DNA from: Octopus vulgaris
Lineage: Eukaryota
Direction: 5' to 3'
Assembly: GCA_951406725.2 (NCBI GenBank)
Contig: OX597821.1
Location: 55,986,001 to 56,050,000 of the forward strand
Length of the DNA stretch: 64,000 bases
Part shown: positions 54,395 to 64,000 of the stretch, one piece after another
Layout of the letters: every line of letters starts with the position of its first letter
Numbering within the stretch: the first letter of the stretch is position 1
Translations under genes and position numbers: made by a program
Notes under the pieces: generated by a model
Databases searched by the model: none
What the model was told of the DNA's origin: nothing
What the model saw: only the letters and a program-made list of their open reading frames with translations

Positions 54395-55269
54395 GTTTTA
54401 GTCGCAACACACAGTCTCCAGTCAAATCACTTACCAGACAAATACCACCCCAAAATATCATTATTAATTATTTTTCTTTTTACATTATTTTGATGCATAT
54501 ATTTATATAGCTTCATAACATTATGTTAAAGAGTTTATGATAATAATCTTGACAACAACAACGTAAAGTTATTAATCTAGTATGAATGATGTAATACTGC
54601 CATATGCCGTGCGATCGTTTTCTGTATACAGAGTAGAAATAGAATGATATATCTGTCTGTTAATTCTAAAACATTATATTCCTTCCAGGTGTAATTAGAG
54701 CGTCAAATGAAGTAAATGAAGCCGCGTAACTAAAATTTTCGATACACTAATTTCATTACTTGCATGGAAAATAGGGCTTCAGAGGGAAAAACCACATGGC
54801 TGTCATAATAATAGTTTATAGACTCGTTTCTGAATCTCTGTTAAAATGAGAGCAGGATTTGTCCAGTTCTCCGATGCCATAGAGGAGTATTGGATTGTCG
54901 TTAACTTTACCAGTTTGCTTGAACATTTCTTAAATCAAAGAACTGTCCTTCGTTCATGTTTTCTCGCCGTTCCGTATTTCTGTGTTGGAGTTATATGTCA
55001 CACATGTCAATAAAGTTTTATCTTGAGAATTATCACGATGAGGAATCCTAAATTCTAAATTATTTTCTGCAGTATTTTTGCAGAATAAAGAACAAGAGTT
55101 TTCCACAACTAGACTAACTGGGGTATTACTCCGTTATTTTTTAATTTCTTGAATATATTTTTGTGTAATAAGTCCAGAAATAGTATGACTACATAGATAA
55201 TTTTCACTTACATGTTCCAATGTCTTTTCTTTATTTCCTGAATTCATGAGTAATTTTTGGTGAGTTTTC

Positions 55270-55680
55270 CAGAAGGTGATCATCCTTACAAATAGTTTCG
55301 GATCATCCATTTACAAGAGATGGCATATACTTTTTCCAAGGCAGAAGAGTAGAAAGTAAAATGAGTCCCCATGAAAGATTCATAGAAATTCTTTCTTATG
55401 GGTATAAAGCTGTCTTAACCATCTTTCTTTTGCTTTTTAGTGATATGGTTGCTCTCTAATTTGACGTGGTATGGTTGATACAACGTGTTAATATTGATGC
55501 TATTCTATTTATTACGGAGTGTCTGTATTAACCATGTATGTCCGATACTCGTATAAAATGCTTTTTAATAATCAATCCATTTAATGCTAAGTTTTGTTTT
55601 ATTTTTGTTGTATTTTATTATATCCTAGTCCATTAGTAGCTGCTCTTTTCAGCCAGGCATCCATTTCCATCCCAGTTTCT
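55270..55680 (-). mobile_element. Decayed RLE-type (R4/Dong-like) reverse transcriptase fragment
   Basis: Minus strand gives KEQLLMD, WIDY*KAF..IGHTWL, GDS..LLFCL and L*MDDPKLF (YMDD). Confidence 0.7.
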
Positions 55681-55879
55681 TTTAGCTATGTTTTTTGTAT
55701 TTGTTAGTACACAACCACATCACTTGCAACAACAGAATACACAGTATAGCAACCACAAAAAAGGAAGATAAAAACAATAAGAACAACTACAACAACAAAA
55801 ATAGCAATAGCCAAATTTCACTGATAAAAATATAAACAATTGCAAATAAACGGAGTGTATATCAGAACAAAATTAAGAC

Positions 55880-56080
55880 ACAAACAGAAGAAAAGAGATT
55901 TGAGGAACTTGTCCCCCTTCAACATTGCAAACGACAAATTACAATTCAAGACACTGTCAGATATCTACAAAACAATTACAGAATAAATTTCCATGCAACA
56001 TTGAAATTTTCTGCAACAGAATTGGCAAAACTCATTTTGAAGAGGCATTCAAGGAAACCCTACACGTCAAGGAGGCTGAC
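55880..56080 (+). mobile_element. Possible GIY-YIG C-terminal remnant of a Penelope-like element
   Basis: KRFEE..., SDIYK, NIEIF and F*RGI/KETLHVK resemble the R..EH..SAI..H..IL..R.IKE.I pattern; heavily frameshifted. Confidence 0.3.
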
Positions 56081-56449
56081 TGCTCTACCTCAAGGCACAC
56101 CTTTCACATAGCTGAACTCAGAATTAGATATATTAATGTATGGTCTGTGATCTGCTGGGTCAGAGTCCCTTACTCGAATGGCCATTGACCATTTCTTCAA
56201 CGCGAAATACCAAATTACATTGTTGGAGCTAACCCATATATTCTTGGGCACGAAAGATGCACAAGAAGCTTGAAAGTCAAAGTCATAACGTAGCAACAAA
56301 GCTGCATTTCAATCTCTGACTAAGATGTGCGCATGCTCCTCGATTCCAAGTACTTGTGTGCAGCTTTGATTAATATTATGGATGGACAGTGAGCTATAAG
56401 TGGCAGTGGATTTCCAAAAAATTTGCAAATTGCTGAAAAAACCTGATAA

Positions 56450-57450
56450 CAGCAAATAATTATATGATGAGTAAGTTACTTATTTTGGATAGCCTGCTAG
56501 ATTTGCTCACCTGTCCGGCATGTTTTTGACTGACAAGATTTAGCAGCTCTTCTTTTGCTTTTCATGGTATACTCACGTTATGGCGTTCACTTGCTGCACA
56601 GGGCTCAACATGCCATGGCTGCAGATGTGCAGCTATATATTGAGGCTTCGACATTTACTGAGACTTTTTTTTTTCTAGGATAGTGAACAATCTTTTGTCT
56701 TTTGTCGGGCACTTTTTGTCACAGCTTGTTACTCCGACTGAGCTGTGGTAGACTAAAACTGTTTTGCTGGTAACTGGGATGGTGTCAGGCGCTCTTAAGC
56801 ATCTACCAGTCGGAAAATGTGCTCAGTAGAGCTTCAGCGTTGACATTCTATAGAAGAATAGTGATAAGCAAAGCGGTCGCGTTCTCAGGGAAGCAAAGTG
56901 GTGACGTTCTTGGACGTTAATGAAAATGAACTAGATGGACTGATCCAGAGAACTTTCAGTCAGAGACTCATGGCAAGATTCTGGTAAATCCTTGGCCTAA
57001 CAGAGTGAAGATAATTATTTCCGCCTTGAGATAAATTCCGAGGGTTCTAGAGATTGTTGACTTATAGAGCTATCTCTTTTGTATATAAGAGGAGTTTGGC
57101 TATCGGTTGATAGCCTTTTAATAACCTGGAAGGGCAGAAACTTTACTTTTGTCTAGTGGCTATGGCATAAAAAGTTGTGTGGTGGATGCTAATGAAAGGA
57201 TTGAAAACACTTTCCTCTTGAGCCAAGCCCCGATCAACTTTTTCAAGTTTCACATGCAGAGGGAAGGGAGAATGGGGAAGCAGGTGTTGCTTGACAATGA
57301 ATTTTATTGAAAGGTGGTTGAGAGATGCGAACATGGTCTGAGTGAGAACCTATTTTCAGAACTCGCTTGATGAATGGATTCAGAGTCGTTGCTATTGTTT
57401 AATTGTGGGCGGCCATTCCTGATCAAACAGATGTCCTCATCTTTTTTCCT
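56450..57450 (-). mobile_element. Possible highly decayed CR1/L2-group LINE
   Basis: Weak remnants only: LNHL..IVKQ, NAEALLSTFS and KRRAAK. Confidence 0.25.
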
Positions 57451-57726
57451 CTTCCTTCTTTGAAGCAAAATGACCAACAATCACATGAAGCAGTAAATTT
57501 TACATCAGAATAAGCCCCTCCTAATAAGATGCTAAGATGCTATGACAACAGCCTAGGGCCCCTCGTTCTCGGGGTTTACGTCAATTAACCTATAGCTGAA
57601 ACCCTGATAGTGGTTGAAACTCCTGAACCATGGACCCTCTACAAGATGTAGTTTAAAATAATACTCAGGACTATGTGTTCAAGTCAAGTCACCCGTTTCA
57701 GAATAGCTTTCTCCTTCCGTTCCTGT

Positions 57727-58130
57727 ATGATAAGAATCTTGCTTCTCAACCATAGGTTTCGGGTTCAGTTCCACTGCGTGACATCTTGGGCCGGTGTCTC
57801 CGTGTCATTCAAAACTTTGTGAGTGGATTTAGTAGATGAAGACAGAAAGAATTTCATTGTGCGTGTATATATACGTAAATAGATATATATGAGTGTGCAC
57901 GCATGCTTGTGTGCGTGTGTGTGTGTGAGTGTATGGGTTTTTTTTGGTTGTTTTTGTCGCCACCACCACTTGTCAACCGGTGTTTGTTTACGTCGCTATA
58001 ATATAGCAGTTTGGCGAAAGGAATCCGATAGAATAATTACCGGGCTTAAATAATAAGTGCTGGTATCGATTCTTCTAGGTGGTGCTCCAGCATATCTGCA
58101 GTCCAGTGATTGAAACTAGTAAGACATAGA
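57727..58130 (+). mobile_element. SINE family A (old)
   Basis: gggttcagttccactgcgtgacatcttggg..gtgagtggattt..ggtgctccagcat. Confidence 0.8.
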
Positions 58131-58136
58131 ACATAA

Positions 58137-58824
58137 AAGCTTTATCATAGCGTTGTATATTATCGAATGCTATTTCCAGTGAAAATTTGTACTTTGTTAT
58201 ACCACTATCCTCTATTTATACTTTAACCTGATGGTGCTTTGATTTACTGGGAAGCAATATTACTGTATTACATTATTTAATTATTTAATAATTTCTTTGA
58301 AAAAACTTTTTTTACTGCTTACGGCTAGGCGTTCAGACGAGCAAATGCTGGTATTGACGTAGTGACATTTGAAGTTTTGTCTAGGTGAATTTAGCCGATG
58401 AGAACTAATCAAATTTACGTTAACAAACTTAATTTGGAAAGTTCTAAACAGAAGTCTTAGATTATGCACATCTGGTTTGTACATTTATTTAATGTTCTTC
58501 CTACAGGTAAGATGAAATTTTTTATGTTCGCTGCCCGCAAACATTTTTGCCAGTATATTTATACAGTGAAGCTTTACTATAGCGTCGTATAGTATCGACT
58601 GCTATTTCCAGTAAACATTGGCACTTTGTCATACCACTATCCTTATACTTTAATCTGATGGTGCATTGTTTTACTAGGAAGCAATACTACTGTATTGCAC
58701 TATTTAATAAATTTTTCTTTGAAAACCTTTTCACTGTTCTCGGCCAGGCGTTCCGACGAGTAAATGGTGGCATTTATGTAGCGACATTTTGAAGTTTTGT
58801 CTAGGTGAATCTAGCCGATGTGAA
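58137..58824. repeat. Local direct duplication of ~260 bp (58137-58403 and 58569-58824)
   Basis: aagcttta..atagcgt.gtata.tatcga.tgctatttccagt...ctgatggtgc...tttgaagttttgtctaggtgaat.tagccgatg appears twice. Confidence 0.85.
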
Positions 58825-58872
58825 TATTGGTACGTTTTTGTACCACTAACCTATACACACACACACACACAG

Positions 58873-59016
<144 letters not shown>

Positions 59017-59029
59017 TAACTACATGCGG

Positions 59030-59218
59030 ATCCTTGGCGACTTTTTCCTCCGTCTTCCTTTTCTCTTGGACTTTCTATTGCCTTCCGTTTCTGAAGAAGG
59101 ACTTTGCTCGAAACGTAAAATAACCTTTCTTTCCTTCCCTGAACGCTAATACTTTGCATGTACCACATCCTCGCATTGTTGTTTTTCTTCGTTTTTTGTG
59201 GGGTGGGGCGATTAATTA
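59030..59218 (+). mobile_element. HHR-bearing pseudo-LTR, family 2, between (TA)n arrays
   Basis: Homologous to 25016-25220 (reverse complement) and 27890-28065. Confidence 0.75.
59087..59121 (+). ncRNA. Minimal hammerhead ribozyme motif, family 2 (intact core)
   Basis: gttt-CTGAAGA-a-ggac(ttt)gctc-GAAAC-GTA-aaat. The core and the self-complementary ACGT are intact; stem II is partly mismatched. Confidence 0.65.
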
Positions 59219-59519
59219 TATATACATATATACATACATATATATATATATATACATATATACAGGGTTTGCCAGAAGTTACTCGATAGTAAATCAAAAT
59301 TCCATAAATACTACTAGTAATTCTGTATTGATTCGAATGGAAAAATGTGTCGCTCAAGGACTTCAGTTTGAACAATTTTCACAATGTTTCAGATTTTGAT
59401 GTTTTTATTTAGTTCATTCAGTTGCTAAAAACATAAATAATTCTTGGAATTAAATGGCTTTGATTTACTGTCAGATGACTTTGGGCCAGATCACAACCAT
59501 GTAGGTCATACCCCTTTGA

Positions 59520-59878
59520 GAATACCATATGCATCAATGATGATTGCATGGTATGTAGGATTAGCCATGGTATTAACTGTAGAACTAGAAATGTAGTTTA
59601 CAGCACAAGATGCATAGAAGGTACTTGTAAAGACACGAACATGACATACATAGGGAGACATCTAGGATCATTGCAAATAACTAAATGAACATTTGAGACA
59701 ATATGACGACAAAAGACAGTCCTTCATACTCTACCATGTCAAGGCCCAACATAGAGGCAACCTGGGTCAACTTGACATCCGCATTTTATCCAAGCACCCA
59801 AAGGACCCAACACTCAGACAAATACAGGAGTACGTCCTCATAAATTAAACCTCTCCAACACTTAATAGGAAATATATG
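59520..59878 (+). mobile_element. Penelope-like GIY-YIG endonuclease remnant (second PLE family)
   Basis: ICINDDCMVCRISHGINCRTRNVVY..C..C..YIG/ETSR, NEHLRQY and IRILSKHPKDPTLRQIQEYVLIN*TSPTLNRK. Confidence 0.8.
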
Positions 59879-60229
59879 TAGTAGATATCATACCCCCATA
59901 CCCACAGTTTACACAGGTAGAGTAGATTAGTTAGTGAGCTGTTATGTAGATAGATGTATGCATATGTATGTGTGTGTGTCTGTGTGGGTGGGTGTATATA
60001 TGTATATTTATATGCTCATGTATGTAGGCATATGGATATGAAAGTAAGCAGATAGACATACAGACGGATAGGTACATAGGTTATATGAACAGACAAGCAC
60101 ACATACACACACATGCACAAATGAAGACTGAAGCACATGACCATATATATATACACACACTTCACTTCACACAAGGACAGATATGGAGACACACATCCAC
60201 ACATATGGAGATACGCATCCATACATGCA

Positions 60230-60300
<71 letters not shown>

Positions 60301-60353
60301 GTTTAAATATTTGTTGTACAAGATTTTTTATGTGAAGTCGTGTGTTGAAACAG

Positions 60354-60813
60354 ATATTGTTATATTTCGGAATGGTCATATTGCCAGTTTAGCCAATAAA
60401 AACACACGCACTATATATTTGGTGTTATTTTGCTTCGGTGTAATGATAATAATAAGTGGATGTAAACACATGAACAAAATAAGAATAAACAAAAACAAAA
60501 AACAAAATACAAATTACATGAACATATATAAACAGAAGATACAAATATTACAGGCATCCCCCCACATACACACACTAAATAAACATGTACCTATACAATA
60601 GAAATACAAAATGGCTGACGGTTAGTAAGGAGAGACACAAATAAGTAAGAAGAAAACAAAGGACCACTGATGCGGTCACAGGAGTGTGACGAAAGAACTC
60701 TGGCCGAAATAAGATTAAGATTAATGTAAAAAATAAATAACACTGAAGCAAAATAACACCAAAGTGCGTGTGTTTTTATTGGCTAAACTGGCAATATGAC
60801 CATTCCGAAATAT

Positions 60814-60821
<8 letters not shown>
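60354..60821. repeat. Inverted repeat (~85 bp arms 60354-60441 / 60740-60821) enclosing an HHR-like motif
   Basis: atattgttatatttcggaatggtcatattgccagtttagccaataaaaacacacgcact has a near-perfect reverse complement ending at (TA)n. Confidence 0.85.
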
Positions 60822-60844
<23 letters not shown>

Positions 60845-61846
60845 CGGGTGGTACATTGTGTCCTTGTGGGTGGTACATATTGTTCCAGTCTGCTTAGTTA
60901 AAATGAGAAACAACAGTCTCATTCTGGGTGTTCGTTGAGTGAAAAGTAGAAGGATCGGAATATGTCTATGCCTACTCGCGATTACATAGTAGTATAAACA
61001 TGGGTAATCCTCTTCGATTACAAGTAGTAGTTATAGTTCATAACAAATAGTGCTTAGCTCTAGTTTCATGGAATTAAGCAGAAGCTGGCCAGATGCTCCC
61101 TTGAGAGAGAAGTCTGTCTATCATTGATAAATGTCACTGGAGATCTGGTTACCTGTTGCTAACAGCTACCAAAACTATAATGCAGAAAATTAGTTTTACT
61201 ACACAAATCTACACAAATGCACCACTAAACACCAGCAGCAAATTTAAACTTGATCCATCCAGATTGGTAGTCCAATAGCTTGCTTCTTCTAACGTTTCTC
61301 CCGTCGAAGTCAACTAGATGGTTTGTCTAGAACTCGAATCCATCAATGAATCTACTTGTCACTCCTTAAGAGAGGTAGTAAATGGAGCGTTCAAATTGTG
61401 CTCTGCAGTATTTTAGGAATCATTTCATTTTATTTAAAACAACTTTAATATCTCTATCTTACAATGACAATGTTACAGCTGCTTTATACACGTAGCTATT
61501 TACTTGTGTTAGTAATCTTTAATTAAAAAACAAACAAATAAACAATGATTTAAATAGAAAACAAAAACAAGCAACGACAAGAAAAAAACTAGTGATTATA
61601 GAAAAAAAATGGTGCTTCTTTTACTGAAACAATTTTAAAGTGCAGATATAAAACTGAAAGTAATGCTATCAGCGTTAAAACACACAAAATACATGACTGT
61701 AGAAAGATAACAATTAATATAGTAATTCACTGGATGTTGGAAATGGAGTTTATTCATTGTTGACAGTTGTCTAACAACTTTGATTCCCTGAAGCTTTTAG
61801 ATTCGATGGAACTAGAAACACATAATAATACAGATACCCGCACGCA

Positions 61847-61911
<65 letters not shown>

Positions 61912-62067
61912 CACTTATGCATACACTGCACACTCATGCAAAAATTCAGCCTGAGTTTGTGAGTTTTTTGCAGTTATATAATGAAATATCACGTTAGTAT
62001 CATTATCATCGTCGTCATCGTCGTCATCATCGTCATCGTCATCGTCGCCACCACCACCATCACCCAC

Positions 62068-62128
<61 letters not shown>

Positions 62129-62130
62129 GT

Positions 62131-63200
62131 TAAGGCAGCGACCTGGCCGAATCGTTAGCGAGCTGGACAAAATGCTTACCGATATTTCGCCCGTCGCTAC
62201 GTTCTGAATTCTAATTCCGCCGAGGTCGACTTTCCTTTTCATCATTTCAGGGTAAATGAAATAAGTACCAGTAAAGAACTGGGATCGATGTAATCGACTT
62301 TCACCCTCCTCCTAAATTTCAGGCCTTGTGTCTATTGTAGAAAGGGTTATTATTGTTGCTGTTGCAGTTATTTTATTTTCTATTTCCAAAGTTGTTTATT
62401 GTTTATACGCATAACAGATTATACGTTCTGAGTTCAAATATCGCCGAGATCAACTTTGCTTTTCATTTAAACTCTTGGATTCGATAAAATAAGTACCATT
62501 CGGAACTATGGTTGATGGCATCAGCTAACTTACTTCCCCATATTTCAAGCCGCGTGCTTATAGTGGGAAGTATTATTAGCATTATTAAGAAGGCTGCGAG
62601 CTGGCAGAAACGTTAGCACGCCGGGCGAAATGATTAGCGGTATTTCGTCTGCCGCTACGTTCTGGGTTCAAATTCCGCCGAGGTCAACTTTGCCTTTCAT
62701 CCTTTCGGGGTCGATTAAATAAAGTACCAGTCGTGCACTGGGGTCGATGTAATCGACTTAATCCGTCTGTCTGTCCTTGTTTGTCCCTTCTGTATTTAGC
62801 CCCTTGTGGGTAGTAAAGAAATAGGTATTTCGTCTGCTGCTACGTTCTGAGTTCAAATTCCACCGAGGTCGACTTTGCCTTTCATCCGTTCGGGGTCCAT
62901 TATATAAGTACCAGTTACGCACTGGGGTCGATATAATCGACAATCTGTTTTTCTGTCCTTGCTTGTGCCCTCTGTGTGTAGCTCCTTGTGGGCAGTAAAG
63001 CAATAAGAATCGTTACAGTGTCGGACAGAAGGTACTTCTCCCAGTTATTTACGTTCTGAATTCAAATTCTGTCGTGATTGACTTTGCCTTTTATCCCTTC
63101 AGGGTCGATAAAATATGTACCAGTTGAGCACTGGGGTCAATGTAATCGACTAGCCCCCTCCCCCAAAATGTCAGGCCTTGTGCCTATAGTAGAAAGGATT
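62131..63200 (+). mobile_element. SINE family B cluster: monomer 62131-62345, fragment ~62420-62575, trimer 62590-63200
   Basis: Cores gacttt(g)cctttcat near 62227, 62690, 62875 and 63083; tail ggccttgtgcctatagtagaaaggatt. Confidence 0.9.
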
Positions 63201-64000
63201 ACTATTATTATTGTTATTGTTGTTGATGTTGGAAATAACAAATTTAAATTGGTAGCATGATCCGTTGTTGGTGAAAATATTCCGTAAGCGCCAGGAATGT
63301 TTTATAGCGCTGGTTCCTTAATTGATAAATAGGTTAGAATGGGTTAGAACAAAAATAAAACAACTGCTATAAAATCTGTAGAAACACGTTCCAACACACG
63401 CAATTCCACATGGATACAGACGTATTCCTTTACAGATAGATATGCGTGCGTCACACCTTGAACGCTACACCCCGCCCTTCTTGACACACGGATACCTAAT
63501 CTAACAGTTTAAAGTGTACAAAATACCATCAAACTGTTACATAAAAGCTTATATTTTGGCAGCAATATATTCATAATGTTATTTCAATCAACGATAAGCT
63601 ACACTTACTTCTAATTTAAGCCGACATCACTGTTCTATAACAGCTGGTAAATAAATACTTTATACACCAGGAAATGTAGATAGCTGATAAGATCCTCATA
63701 GATTTCTTTTTCAAAGATGAGTCCACCTAATGACTTCAATATGTCTTGTAAGGTTATTTATATATTGAATATGACTTCTTGCTTTACCTGTGAAATTTCT
63801 AGTAATTTTGAAGACTATAAGATTGCTGGAAGTTTATAGAGAGCAATGAAGTACACGATTTCTTTTGAAATCATATGTGGTATCTATAATAGCTTACATC
63901 TTCGATTTCATTCCCTAGTTTATCAATCAATCGCCATACAAACAATGTATTGTGCTTCCAATAGACTATGGTTTCGATTTCGCTCCATGAGGTATAATGT

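Overview
AT-rich, microsatellite-dense eukaryotic DNA. I found no host protein-coding exon. The SINE and microsatellite make-up suggests a coleoid cephalopod such as Octopus, which is an inference. Almost all ORFs in the supplied track are microsatellite artefacts. The real coding signal comes from decayed transposons: Ty3/Gypsy pol, an L1/Tx1-type LINE, R4/Dong-type and CRE-type restriction-like-endonuclease LINEs, an RTE-type LINE, a CR1 3' end, Tc1 and mariner transposases, and Penelope-like elements (PLEs; RT plus GIY-YIG). These are mixed with many copies of 3-4 tRNA-derived SINE families and several fold-back or MITE elements. The most notable unannotated signal is a set of short non-coding repeats carrying minimal type-I hammerhead ribozyme (HHR) motifs, from at least two clear families and several further candidates. 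One family shows covariation in a self-complementary stem III (ACTCGAGT vs ACTGCAGT). These repeats often occur as inverted pairs, abut (TA)n arrays and flank PLE remnants, which fits a PLE pseudo-LTR or retrozyme-like system. All alignments and folds were done by eye, so boundaries are approximate.
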